Source: Felis catus
Lineage: Eukaryota
DNA: 64,000 nucleotides
Assembly: GCF_018350175.1 (NCBI RefSeq)
Contig: NC_058382.1
Location: forward strand, 56,856,001 to 56,920,000
Direction: 5' to 3'
Of this stretch, positions 24,107 to 36,975 are shown one piece after another (the first letter of the stretch is position 1; each line of letters starts with the position of its first letter). The notes under the pieces are model-generated. The model saw only the letters and a program-made list of their open reading frames with translations, had not been told where the DNA came from and did no database searches. Made by a program: the position numbers and the translations under genes.

Positions 24107-24997
24107 TGGGCTAAGTTGTTTTTTAAAAGGTTTATTCTGGATCAAAGAATATGTCCAGTTTTATGGGCTTTCATTTATCGCCTTCTAGAATGTTGTTTTA
24201 GGAACTAACAAACTTGGAAGACACCTCCACCTACTGGGCTAAACCAAGGCTTCATTTTAATCACAATTACATGAAAAGTTCACAACGCAGAAAGCATACA
24301 TACGTGCAGGTCTTATTAAAATGCAAACAGTCAAGACCAGTGCAAAGAATTACCTGGTTCTTTTTGAGTCTTCTGGGAACCACTTTAGAGGGGGTCGATT
24401 CATCTAGAAAATATAAATGTTCCTCTTTCTAGATTTCAGACAGGAAAACACGTAAAATGCGTAAAAATCTCGTATATGGACTATCTCAGGGGATCGTAAT
24501 TGATGTAAATCCTGCATGAGAAATAGCGGTCAGGAGATGCCTACTGTAAATACTGCCTTTCACATAAAACAACAAGGCTCACAGTGAATGTTCTGTGTGG
24601 CCTGACTTCTCTTCTTAGATTTCACCTCAACTCAACCCTACGGCTTACTTATTTATCCAGTAAATACTCGCTCAAAGTCTACTGTTGGCTGGGCTGTAAC
24701 TGGGCCCTGAGGACAGCAGCGAGAGGACTTTGTCCTCTTGAGAGTTTACGTGCCAGTGGGGAGACAGGTGATGTTCCTTCTCTTGATGGATGACCACATC
24801 ATCAGGACACTTGCAGAGAGAGCGGTATGTGCCAACCGGAAATCGCACAGCACGGTGGGATGCGGAGGAGTGTCAGATGGTAAATGCCTTTGGGGAAGCA
24901 TCAGGAGAGCAGAGAACTTTCTGCCTTGTTCACTGCAGGCCCCCCAGGCCCTAACAGAGCATGGGGGACAAAGCACGTGTCCAAAACATGCGTACGT

Positions 24998-25190
24998 GGG
25001 CGCCGGGGGGGCTCAGTCGGGTAAGCTTCCAACTCCTGGTTTCGGCTCAGGTCATGATCTCGTGGCTTGTGAGACCGAGCTCCGCGTCGGGCTCCACGCC
25101 GGGCATGGAACCTGCTTAAGATTCTCTCTCCCTCTCACTCCCGGTCTCTCTGCCCCTCTCCTGCTTGCGCTTGCTCTCTCAAAATAAAAA
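24998..25190 (+). mobile_element. Older CanSINE
   Basis: gggcgccgggggggctcagtcggg head, CT region and A tail. Confidence 0.88.
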
Positions 25191-26539
25191 TTACATATAT
25201 GGAGCGAATGTACGAAATCAAACCCCAGGGCTGAGAATATGTGGTTCCAAGGGCTCCGTGTGGGAGATAACCCGCCAGAGTAGCCCACAGAATCACTTGT
25301 TTGGGGAATGGCCCCCCTCGACTAGGAGCCATGTCCAGGAGATTGGACTGGGTTCCCAGGGGACGTCCCTCCCTACGAAGCCGGACTCTGCGGGTTCCCG
25401 CGAACCCCGGGGCCCTCACCTAACCTGGCCTTCAGAAGGAGCAGCGTCTGCGGGTCACTTGCTCCTTGGGCTTCGCCAGGGGGAGAGGGCCCATCACCTG
25501 AGCCGGGCACGGCTGCCCGTCGGAACCCCCTCCGCGGCAGCTCACCGGTCTGTGTTCACTGACCTTCAAGTTATCACGCGAGGCTCAGCCACCCATCTCA
25601 CTGCAGTCCCTGCGGCAGCTGGCCTCATTTATCGACTTCTCGAAAACACCGATCCCTCCGCTTAGCTTGGTCTGAGCTGAGCTCAAAGACTCGGGCGCGG
25701 GAGCAAAGGCCGTGGCGTGTGAATGAATCACCCAATAAAAATAAGTTCCGAGAGCAAACGCAGTGGGCTTGATTAACTGTCGCACGCAGGTCTTCTGACA
25801 TCCCCGAGGCTCTCCCCCTGAGCGTGGTTGTTGCTTCGAGACAGCCCATCCGGAGAAACTGCGCCCCTGGCCCAGATGCCCCGATGCCATCGGCTTCAGG
25901 GCACCAAAGCTGACCTTGAGCTGCAGGCTGAACAGCCCTGAGAGCTGAGCGGCGAGGCCGCCGGTCCCCCCGTCTGGGCCACGCGCTGTCCGTCCCAAAC
26001 TCTGGAACACCCTATTTACTTGATCTTATTTTGCTTTTGTAAGAAAGTATTCTTAAAGTCTGGTAATCAGCTGACCAAATGAGAAGGGCAGGTGATGGCC
26101 TCAGGAGTCAGAGGATGTCGGGAGAAGAGAATCCACATGCATGTGGGGCAAGGAGGAAAGCCAAGCCTGTGTCCTGGAAATCAGAGAAAGGGAGGCTGCT
26201 TTTCTTGAAATTGGGTCACCCCGTGTCTCCCAGAGTGAGTGTGCAGCAAGGCCAGGCCCCAGACACGGCTCTCTGCCCCTTCCTTGCGGGTATGATGGCG
26301 GCACTCTGGGAGACCCGTTAAAGTGACAGTGCTGCCTCCAGTCACCAGCCCGGGGTCCTAGGCCCGGGCCCACCTTCCACCCAGGCCCAGTAGATGGGCT
26401 ATCAGGACAAGGGCTGGTCCAGGGACACCAGGGCCCCTCAACCTCCATGGGTGCATGAGGGTAAGCCCTGGGCAACAGGCTGCATGGCTCTGGGGGTGCA
26501 TGGCAGCTGGGCCCTTGTCAGAGCTAGACTGAAACTCTT

Positions 26540-26745
26540 TTTTTTTTTAACATTTTTTATTTACTTTTGAGACAGAGCATGAGTGGGGGAGGGTCAGAGA
26601 GAGAGAGGGAGACACAGAATCCAAAACAGGCTCCAGGCTCTGCACTGTCAGCACAGATCCCGACGCGGGGCTCGAAATCACGACCGTGAGATCATGACCT
26701 GAACCAAAGTTGGACGCTTAACCAACTGAGCCACCCAGGCGCCCC
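26540..26745 (-). mobile_element. CanSINE
   Basis: Perfect 15-bp TSD tagactgaaactctt (26525-26539, 26746-26760). Confidence 0.95.
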
Positions 26746-27280
26746 TAGACTGAAACTCTTAAATAATTAGACGGATGCCACGTGGACCCTCCGTATTTAG
26801 GCCCTAGTAGTGTTAAGGATGGGTTGGTGGGCACATCCCTATCACACAGCCTAAACGTCACCTGATGGGGTGTTAAGGTGAGAACCTCCTTTTAATAAGC
26901 CTGAGTGAGAGAGCAGAAGCCTGTCACCATATTAGATATGCACAAAGACAGAAGGCACTGACGGGAGGCAAAGGGGAGGCTGGGATAAAGAACCAGGCCT
27001 TAGGGTTTAACTATTTACAAACCTGTGAAGGTTCTCCAAGAAGAAATGGTAGGTTCTCTGGAGGTGGATTTAGCAGGTGTTTTTTTGTTTTTTGTTTTTT
27101 TTTTTTTACTCCTGAGAATGATTTTTGTCATGTGGTGAGACAAGGTCCTGACCATCCCAGCTGGGGGCACGTGGGCAGAGATCAGCACGGGGCTCAGCTT
27201 TGTCCAGCTCACGTGCTCCGAATCACAAGTCCTTGAAGAACAGGGACCACCCACAACCCTTATCTAAAGAAGCTGGGTAA

Positions 27281-27431
27281 GGGGGAAGCTAGGTGGCTCC
27301 GTCGGTTGAGCGTCTGACTCTTGGTTTTGGCTCAGGTCATGATCCCAGGGTCATGGGATCGAGCTCCGCATCGGGCTTGGAGCTTAAGATTCTCTCTTTC
27401 TCTTCCTCTGCCCCTCTTCTCTGCTCCCTTG

Positions 27432-27466
<35 letters not shown>

Positions 27467-27497
27467 TCAAATAAAATAAAAAATTTAAAAATAAATA
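27281..27497 (+). mobile_element. Older CanSINE
   Basis: Degenerate head, (CT)n and A-rich tail. Confidence 0.88.
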
Positions 27498-27554
27498 AGC
27501 CCGGGAACAGAAGAGGGCCACTGCCAACGAATTGATTTAAAGTGGGGACCAGGG

Positions 27555-27978
27555 TCAACTGACAAATGGATAAAGAAGATGTGGTCTATATATACAATGG
27601 AATACTACTTGGCAATGAGAAAGAATGAAATCTGGCCATTTGTAGCAACGTGGATGGAACTGGAGAGTGTTATGCTAAGTGAAATAAGTCATGCAGAGAA
27701 AGACGGATACCATATGCTTTCACTCTTATGTGGATCCTGAGAAACTCAACAGAAGACCAGGGGGGAGGGGGAGGGGGGAAAAATTACAGAGAGGGAAGGA
27801 GGCAAACCATAAGAGACTTTAAAGTACTGAAAACAAGCTGGGGGTTGATGGGGAGGTGGGGGGGAGGGGAAAGTGGGTGATGGTCATTGAAGAGGGCACC
27901 TATTGGGATGAGCACTGGGTGTTGTATGGAAACCAATTTGACAATAAATTTCATCCAAAAAAATTTTAAAAATAATAA
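27555..27978 (+). mobile_element. 5'-truncated carnivore/felid L1 (ORF2 end, 3'UTR, A tail)
   Basis: tggataaagaagatgtgg...gaatgaaatctggccatttgtagcaacgtggatggaactggag, G-rich 3'UTR, TSD taaagt(gg/ag)(g/a)gaccag. Confidence 0.92.
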
Positions 27979-27995
27979 TAAAGTAGAGACCAGAA

Positions 27996-28209
27996 AGCCC
28001 GGGTGGCTCCATTGGTCGAGCATCTGACTTCGGCTCAGGTCATGATCTCGCGGTTCACGAGTTCGAGCCCTGCGTTGAGCTCTGTGCTGACAGCTCAGAG
28101 CCTGGAGCCTGCTTCAGATTCTGTGTGCGTGTGTCTCTCTCTCTCTCTGCCCCTCCCCCACTCTCTGTCTCTCTCTGTCTCTCAAAAATAAACATTAAAA
28201 AAAAATTTT
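27996..28209 (+). mobile_element. CanSINE
   Basis: SINE body directly after the L1 TSD. Confidence 0.92.
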
Positions 28210-30120
28210 AAGTGAGGACCAAAATCCATTGCAAAACTAAAAAAAAAAAAAAAATTCAATTAAGATCCTATTTGGGGAAAGAATTGGCGCAAATAAGTTT
28301 GTTTCTATGTTCGTTTTCACTGCCGTCAACTATTCTCGGTGTGAACGCTGCTGAACCGTCGCTCTGCCTTTGAAGTAACTTTTCTAACAACATCCCACGA
28401 CAGTACACGCCACACTCCACATTCAGCTTGTGTGGTGCATTTATGAAGGGGGAGGGGGGTCCTTCCAAGCCGTTCAAGGGCTCCATTCCGCGAGGCCCCT
28501 ATAAACTGAATCTCCTTTCTCTTCCTCTGTTGACCGGCTTCTCTCTCTACTTCACCTTTCTTTGCTTATCCTGGGTTTATTGGGGTCCCTACACAGTCCA
28601 ACATGGGTTGATGCCTCCTCGTGGCCCCTGCCTCTTTTGTGAGATGACCATGTGTCCCCCATGCGGGACTCATGTAGTGTTTGGATGTTTCCGGTCACTG
28701 ACACTGACGTGCTAAGTCTGCTGACCGCAGTTAAGACGGGTGGGATGTTACAGACAGTGACAGACGTGGCCGGGAGTCCCCTCGTGACGCTGCCCGTGGG
28801 ACCCTCAGATGATGAACAACCCACACAAGCCTTGTGTACATTTGCACTCTCGGACCCAGGGACCCAGACAGATCATCATTGTAATGAGCAAAGAAGTGTG
28901 AATATCCTTACACCAAGGAAAGGTTACATCCTACCAGCTTGCACCGAGCTCTCAAGTCATTCTGTTCATTTCTGAGTGCGGTTTCTAGTGCTTGGGAAAA
29001 GCCCCCTGACATGGACGCACAGAGGCGGGAAATTTAACGTGGCCCTGACCATGCATGTAGAAGGAGCCAGGCTTGATCGTTAGTGATGAAATTCATGACA
29101 GTGATCACGATAAATTAATGATGGAAGCCATCTTGTGGCTGCATTTTTAAAGCATCCGTTTAATATTTTTACCAACATTGGAGATGGTAACTCGTGTTTT
29201 CATCTAGAGTTGACCAGCGGGTCCTTGGATTTCAGAAATCCTGAGTTTCTGAGGCCCCAGTTTGTTAAATGAAGGCACATATTCAGTTACCACATCAGGG
29301 TCCCACGTCCCTGACTTTTCCAACATTGTTAAATCCCTGGCTTCCCAGGTTGACTCTGGTTTGCTCTATTGCTCTGTATTTCCCTGCCATCAGTTTGGCT
29401 CGAGGCAGTAACGCAAGGCACCTTGAAAACGTCCATAAGCAGCCAGCAGCGGTCGGAGGACTTCGTGCCTTTTTTCAGCAGTGGGGATGCTGAAAATGTG
29501 ATGGGGATGCCCATCACAGCCGCTGTAAATTACAGCGAAGGATCAGTGGCCTCAGACCAGAGCACGACCTAAGCGGACGGACCTGTCTCTCCCAGAACAG
29601 GTGGTGAGGGCGTATCAGAGACGAAGGACGTGATGACCAGCAAGCTGCTAGCTCCCGGGGGGGTGGGAGGGGGGCGTCACAACCGAGGAGCAGGTCGGGA
29701 GTGGGCAGGAAAGGGGTCCCCTGCAGGCGCACCCCCGATTGGTGAGCAGTCACTCAGTAGTGCTTTTGTTCGCGGCAGCCGGCCCCTCTCTCCCCAACTA
29801 GTGAAAGCAGAAAGTGCCTGAGTGTGCCTGTTGATTAGAGTACATCACGGACAGACCTCAGCTCCTGCAGATCTCCCCGTCACAGCTGAGACGTTTGTCC
29901 CCGCGGCGGGTCTTACTTTAACTTAGCAGTTGTCAGTATGAGCCTCCCAATCAAAGAACAGTTTAAGCCCATACTAGTTGAGAATTTCTAGTGATGAACG
30001 TATTCTACTCACCCACAGGTGCTCTATTATGGTAATCAGCCTTTCTTGAATGTGTAGGATTCTTTTTATAAACAGGATTTTAAGAAAGGGTTATGTCAAT
30101 TTAATAGTTTGGGTGGGTGG

Positions 30121-30148
<28 letters not shown>
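30121..30148. repeat. (GT)n microsatellite
   Basis: Direct read. Confidence 0.95.
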
Positions 30149-30151
<3 letters not shown>

Positions 30152-30302
30152 GGATTTTTCTTAGGAAATGCTACCATCCTGGAGTTGCAAGCTCACGGAG
30201 CTCCGAGCCCCCCCTCCCCCCCCACCTACCCCACTGGAGGGAAAGCCCAACCACAGGACACAGCCCGGGGCACAGCTCTGCGTTTGATCATGATTCACAG
30301 AA

Positions 30303-30422
30303 CGGTGGCTCTCAAGCTTTGGTGAGCCAGAACAAGCTGGAAGGCTTGGTAAAAATGAGAAGGCCCTCTCATACCCCACAAGCCCAGTAACTCTGATATA
30401 TGCCAAGATTGGAGAGCCAATG
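30303..30422. mobile_element. Short MER5-like hAT MITE
   Basis: Terminal inverted repeats ggtggctctcaa ... ttggagagccaatg. Confidence 0.55.
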
Positions 30423-30559
30423 GCATAGGAAATTCCCGACCCCCCATGGGCTACTTCCAAGGCCAACAAAACATAGCGACTATGTTCAGGAGACAGATCT
30501 GCACTGGAGCCACCGTTGTACCATTTAAAAGCCACACGAGGGGCCACCTGGCTGGTGGA

Positions 30560-30680
30560 GGGCTACCTGGCTGGCTCAGTGAGTAGAGCTTGTGACTCTT
30601 GATCTCGAGGTGGTGAGTTTGGACCCCATGGTGGGCATGGAGGCTACTTAAAAAGAAAGAATGAGTGAATGAATAATTTT
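30560..30680 (+). mobile_element. Short old tRNA-Lys-derived SINE
   Basis: cctggctggctcagtgagtagagcttgtgactcttgatctcgagg, flanked by aaaag(a)gccaca(c/t)ga. Confidence 0.75.
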
Positions 30681-31487
30681 TCAAAAGAGCCACATGATAT
30701 GAGCGAGCTGCTGGCCCACTCTGAGCCTTTGTTTCCTCATCCGTAAAATGGGGGTGGTAATATCTACCTCCCAGGTCGATGGGCAGTGAATGACATTCAA
30801 TCATGTGCAAACATCCTGTGGCATCACCTTGTTGATCAACGAACACGGACTCCCCATTCCAGATACAACAGAAAAGAAACACTGAAGATAGAAAACCCTC
30901 ATAGCACACAACGCAATGTGTTACATGAATACTGCCTTCGCCACCCTCCTCACAAGTGTAACGAAATAGCCATTTGTGCAGTTACTAAGCAAGATCCTCT
31001 CCGCCCGCTGGAGTAGAAGTTCCAGAAAAGCAGGGAATCCACCGCTGCAGACTCGAAACCAAGCTTGGTGCCTGGCACTCAGTAAATATTTACTCAGAAT
31101 GAGTGAGTGAGCAGTGGGGTCACATTAGAAACGTGCATGTGTGCGCGTGTATGTGTCTACATAGGCTGGAAGCCTCCGGACCAAAATTTGAATGGTGCTT
31201 GTTTCTGAAGGTAGACCAGGGTGGTTTGCACGGTAGTCTTTTTTGCTCGTCTGTATTGCCTGAATTTTCTGCAGTGAACACACGAGACCTAGTCAGTGTG
31301 TCCTTAGGTGAACATGAGAGGGGTGGGAGCCACCTATCAACACACGTTCCTTTGTGACGTCCAGCTTCCTTCTATATATATACATGGCCCCTAGAATTGA
31401 GGTGGTAGGAGACCTAGAAAGTACATGATTTCTAAAAACGAGTCGAATCTCTTTTGATCTGTCAGTTTCCCTGTTCTGAGCACGCAC

Positions 31488-31893
31488 CGTGCAGAGAAGA
31501 GTTAACACACAGCAAGCCCGAGTCCGTGGTCTCCAGAAAGGTCTGCTTACTGGGTTGGCTCCCCACTGGTGCTTGAAAACTTGGATTTCTGGAGGGTTCT
31601 CGCCACCCTCAGTGGCAGGAGTGGCTCCCCTGTGCCTGAAGTGTCTGTGTAAACAAATATGGCTTATGCTGAGCAATTGCTGTCCTTCCGGAACCCAGCG
31701 ATTTCGCTGCATGCCAGGCAGAGGGTGCCTGCAGGACCGGCACTGCCCCCCTCCACCAGGAAAACCCTGGACACCGGGTCCCTAGCAAGCATCCCTGGGG
31801 GACAGCACCTCACATGTGCTGTCACACCTCGTTGCTAGGGAATTGAGCGTGTTCTGCGTGACTCCCGGGAGAGGGCTCTGGAAGCTGGCACCG
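31488..31893 (+). mobile_element. ERVL LTR (MER68-like), 3'-truncated
   Basis: gtgcagagaagagttaacac...aacttggatttctggagggttc...aggcagagggtgcctgc...ggaagctggcacc. Confidence 0.75.
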
Positions 31894-32084
31894 AAGGGGT
31901 GTCTGGAGCAGCATTTAGGGGGGAGTTTGGCTGTCATGAGAGAGAGATGGTCTGGCGACCTTCTCGAGAGAGAGGTCTGTCCATGGGGAAGGGACGGGCA
32001 GGCACCTCAGGACAAAATTCCTTTAAAACTCTGGGTCACCCAGGACATGGGTCAGTCAAAGGATGTTGAGGAAGGCTCGTACTA

Positions 32085-32670
32085 TGATTCATTCATTCAT
32101 TCATTCATTCAACCTACACCATGGGTGCCAAGCAGTCTTCTAGGTACTAGACACAGAGAGTTGGGTAAGATTGATACAGTCACTACCCCCAAGGAGCGTA
32201 CACGATATGCTGGGAAGCCAGCCAGGTAAGGACTCAGACTTCAGATAGAGCACTTACAGCGGTCTCTCCGGGCACAGAGAGGTCTCAGTGTTTGGGCTGA
32301 ACCCTCAGCGGTGGTGAGACACACATGAGGACATCTAAAGCGGCTACGTTCCATGAGGCAAACGGAAAATCTTGAGGCTAGAATGAATTTGGTGTTTTCA
32401 AGGAACCAAAGGAAGCCCGTATGCCTCCAGACGGCGGGAGGGCAAGGAAATCATTTGGAAATGAGTGTGGGGAGTTAGGGCCTTGGATGTTATGGCCAGG
32501 AGTTTGGGTTTTATTCTATGTCCCATGGGAAGTCATTGGAGGATCCTGAGCAAAGACTCACACGATGTGATGTAAAACTGAAAACGGTCACCCTGGTTGC
32601 TCTTTGGAGAACGGATTGTACTAAGGAGAATAGAAGCCAAGAGGTACAGTGCTGTGGTCCAAGCAAACAA
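32085..32670 (-). mobile_element. L2 3' fragment
   Basis: (ATTC)n tail followed by L2 reverse motifs (ggagtttgggttttattct, ggtcaccctggttgct). Confidence 0.75.
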
Positions 32671-33959
32671 TGATCCCTAGGGTCTTACCTCTTACTTCCT
32701 GTAACAGCCCAGAGATAACGGACTCACACCAAACCCGCTTTGGTCCACTGCAGGGGCAGAAGGTGACCTCCTTGGGTATGGCTGTGCCTTGCCTATTGTC
32801 ATGGTAGGGGTCACAATGTCTGGAGAGAACTAACCAAGCCTTGCCCTCGCACCACCTAAAGATGGCAGCCTCCAAGAGAACATGATGGTCAGAACTGGAA
32901 TCTGGTATAGCCCCATGCAGGATGGCCGCGAGATTCCACCAGGAACTCTAGGATACTGGGGAGAGGGGTGGGGGTCCAGGGAAGGCTTGAGAGGTGCCCA
33001 GAGCTCCTACCCTGTTCCCAGCTGTTACTGGGCCGTGGACGCCCAATGCCCCATGCCAGGCTGGGCAAGCTCTAGCCCTGTCTTCCTTGCCCAGGCCACC
33101 CAGTGGGCGACTCCTCTTGTCCGCATCTGCTAGTTGTGGCATTCTCCCCTTCCTTGTTAAAGTTCTTCCTGTTACTGAGACTGGTGTCTTTGGCTCTGCC
33201 CCTGGGCTCTCCGCAAGCCCTGAACTGTGATGGGCTTTGGCTGCCTAACTCAACCAGGATTGTCAGATTCGCTGGCCCTCTAGTCTGCTCTGTGTATTTT
33301 GGTCGGGAGATTGGAAATAGGGCCTTTCCTTTGCCCTGACAGCCAGAGCTACGTGAACCATTTCAAAACCACGCACTTCCTTCGGCTGGGACTTCTCTTA
33401 CACTCTAGTTCTGTTTTTAAGGAAAGGCGTTGATTCGAATCACCCGAGCAGCTATTTCATCTGACACAGGGGGCCCGTCGGGCTGGAGTCAAGTGGGGGG
33501 CTGAAGGTATGCCTCCTGCTTCCTTCCTTCCCCGTGGTTTTACAGGCTCTTTGCCTCCTTCAGGACGAATATTCCATCGGTAGGAATATAAAATGCCTCC
33601 GTGTTCTTCACTTCCTAGCTTTCCTTTTCCAGGCCCTCCCGTCCTTGCCGGCCCCTCTTTGAGAGTGAACTACAGTGAGACTCATGTGTAGGTCTAAAAA
33701 AACCCACCCTCCCTACGATACATGATACCAGCCAGGATATTTCTGACGGGTCCCCATGAGTGTTTGCTCTGGGCAAGTGCTTCTCTGGCGTATATGTACA
33801 AAGCCCTGGGGGATCCTGGACTGACTTCCTCTGACACCAGCCCCAACCCAAGTCTCCTTCCCCAAGTGATCCGTGCTACCTGTCTGTAAATAGACACCCA
33901 GACCTCTCTGTATACATTCACCTATATTCTAATACGCCCGAGGGTCCAATAAATACATC

Positions 33960-34094
33960 AGAAAGATACCCAGCTTATTTTTTGCCAAATGGCTAACGAG
34001 TCAACCGAGTCTATTGAATGATCTAGCTTTTCCAAACAATCTAACACGCCATCTATAGCCAATAGCAAATTTTCAAACGTATATATGGCTATGC

Positions 34095-34147
<53 letters not shown>

Positions 34148-34350
34148 CTGTCTAGATAGATTGGTAGATCTCGATTTAGCAATTATAGATGGTAGATATA
34201 TATTATAGTCGATATCTGTGTCCACATCTGTATCTGTTTGTCAACCTGTCTACATAACTGGCCCATTTCTGGTGCTCTACTATATGGCATTGGTCCTCTT
34301 GAGTATTCCTGTACTAATAGTATATTGCTTTGTAACATTTTTAAGTCTAA
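33960..34350 (-). mobile_element. Ancient L1 ORF2 fragment containing (TA)n at 34099-34141
   Basis: ctattgaatgatctagcttttcc...cccatttctggtgctctact...attcctgtactaatag. Confidence 0.55.
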
Positions 34351-35839
34351 CACAAAAGGAAGGCCGTGATAACCCATGTGGTTTTGGTGTCCGTGCTGAA
34401 CAAATGTAGATCCCTCGTGTCACAGAAAGAACCCAAGAAGCTTACGGAAGAGACTTGCTGAACCTTTTGAGTCTCTCCCTCCTCCCCATTGCTACCAGGG
34501 CCCCATGAGGGTCTGAGCCGGGCAGCCCGAGCTCTGGAAATCCTTTTCAGGAAATACCGGGCCCTGGCCTCTGGCCTGGCAATTTTCTTCCTGCTCCGCT
34601 GGGGCCTCGTTGGCAGTAAGCCTGCTTCCCAGGAGAGGTGCAGGGCCCAAGCATGGTCAGACATGCCCCACCCCACGTCCCCACACGGTCTGATCCTCCT
34701 AATTATCCTGCCCCATGCCGGCCGAGGCCGACACCCAGAAAAGGCCAAATCTCCGCAAGCACTCGAGCAGCTCCTGAGAAGCTACATTACAGACTGAAAT
34801 GAGTCCCATTTTTAATTTGATTCTTCTTCCCCTGTAACAAGCAAAGTTCACATTACAGATAAATTGCCCGGAAATTCCAATTTAATAAGCCGTATGCATT
34901 TTTCAGGCCTAAAAGCACGGAAAACATCTTGCACGCTGGTGTTTTTATACCAAAAGGTTTATTAAAAAGACAGCTTTGAAAATGTCAGAAATTTACATAG
35001 AGCGTCTGGCGAATTGGTCAGAAGGGCTGATCTGACAAAAGGGCCCATCACCCAGGAAGTGGAAAAGTGGCTTGGCTGCTGGTCTCGAGCTGCTCACCCC
35101 TGTGGGGTGGAAAGCTCTAGGGTTGGGGAAAAATCACACCTACCCTCAGGCTCTGGCACGCAGGTCTCGGCTTGCATTGTGCGGGCACAGGGTAACACGA
35201 GGTTGGGCTCAGTCGGTGGGGTGGCCCCTGTCCTCTGTCCGTGGCTGGGATTCTGAGTAGAAACAGCAAGCTGGCATCGTGGAGACCAGGGACAAGGGCA
35301 TGCCTCCCCGAGGTCTCCGATGGGAAGAGACGCCAAACAAAATAAATCATAGAGGGAGACAAAATTAAAGGCCATGTGACAACACAAGAAAAAGCCGCAG
35401 CAATGGATACCTGATTGGTTTTTTAAGGAAGAAAAATCGTGAGTAGCTATCATGTAAAACGCTCAGGCCCTTGCTTTCTCTGGGAGGGTGACGGGGTCAG
35501 GCTGACTGCACCGGGGCCAGCTTCCAAGTTCACGTCTGTAAAGCTTTCCACTGAACAGAACTGCTCCTTATCTAAGAGAAGAAGCAGAAATGTCCATCGT
35601 CCTGTGAAACTTGCAGCATCAGGAGACCAAGACCACAACTGAGCGAGAAACAAAGAGTACTCTTTCTTTGCCAACATGAAAAGCCTAGATAATTTAATTC
35701 ATTTTTATTTACCTTCGAAACTCTGATCTGAGTCATCAGGGAATAAAATACGGTCCATTTAAATGTTTCATTATCTCAAATATTGAACTATCTGAAATCA
35801 CTCCTGGGTCCACCGTGAACTTGTTACCTGCTGGGAACA

Positions 35840-36030
35840 CTTCTTGCCACTTCTTGGCTGTGCTGCTTTGGGCAAGTTGCTAAGCCTCTCTGAACCTTGG
35901 TGAGCTCGTCCGTAAAACAGGGATGATGCCAACTTCATCTGGTTGCTGTGAGCCCCAAAACTGAGCCTGGTGCTGACTCTGATGACCTGGGCACAGGGCC
36001 GGGCACAGTCAGTATGTGCTAGTATGGCAC
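35840..36030 (+). mobile_element. MIR
   Basis: ttgggcaagttgctaagcctctctgaacctt...gtaaaacagggatgatg. Confidence 0.7.
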
Positions 36031-36277
36031 TTGAACTTCGTCCTGACGTCTTGAAGTGGACTTTGATGAAAGTAGCCGACCTGCAAGGGCCCCTATTATC
36101 TCCAACAGGCTTTTTACTCTATGGTTGTGCCCAACAAAGACCTAGAAGAGGAAGTGACTAATTCTTACTGGGGAGTTCTTACAGAATGACCAAAAAGGGA
36201 CATTTCAGCCTGGTCTTTGAAGACAAGTAGAAGTTTGCAGGTGGAGATATAAATCGATGTCGAAAAGAGCAACAGAT

Positions 36278-36462
36278 GTTTTTATGTTATCTTTTTATAG
36301 TTAATTATTTTAGGGGACAGCACAAGCAGGGGAGGGGCAGAGAGAGAGGGAGACACAGATACGGAAGCAGGCTCCAGGCTCCGAACCGTCAGCACAGAGC
36401 CCCACGCGGGGCTCGAACTCACAAACCTCGAGATCATGACCTGAGCCGAAGTCAGATGTTCA
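36278..36462 (-). mobile_element. CanSINE lacking the first ~25 nt of its head
   Basis: Reverse SINE body ending gaagtcagatgttcaact. Confidence 0.9.
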
Positions 36463-36519
36463 ACTATAATAAAAATATAATAAAAATTCTACTTAAGGTT
36501 TTTTTAAAAACACACAAGC

Positions 36520-36720
36520 GGGACCGACTGGGTGGCTCAGTTGGTTGAGCGTCCGACTTCGGCTCAGGTCATGATCTCGCGGTTCGTGGGTTCAAGTCCC
36601 ACGTCGGGCCCTGTGCTCATGGCTCGGAGCCTGGAGCTGCTTCGGATTCTGTGTCTCCCTCTCTGCCCCTCTCCTGCTCGCACTCTCTATCTCTCAAAAA
36701 TAAACATTAAAAATAAAATT
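36520..36720 (+). mobile_element. CanSINE
   Basis: Head, CT region and A tail. Confidence 0.93.
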
Positions 36721-36839
36721 AAGTGAAGTGCATAGTAGATTTTAAATGATAGGAGTTCTGCGAGAACTAAGACATCTACAGGCTGGAGTTTAGTAGAAAA
36801 AAAAGTAAGACCATGAAAAGATCTATAGCATCCAGCATC

Positions 36840-36975
36840 TCATCAGTTTCCCCATCTGTGAAATGGGAATAATAATATTATCAGCCTCTCAGGGTTGATG
36901 TGAGGCTGAAAGAGTAGGTACAGGGCAGTCCTAGAAAAGTGCCTGGTGCATAGTAAACACTCAGTTTATCATGAT
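36840..36975 (+). mobile_element. MIR 3' half
   Basis: tcagtttccccatctgtgaaatgggaataata...gtgcctggtgcatagtaaacactca. Confidence 0.8.
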
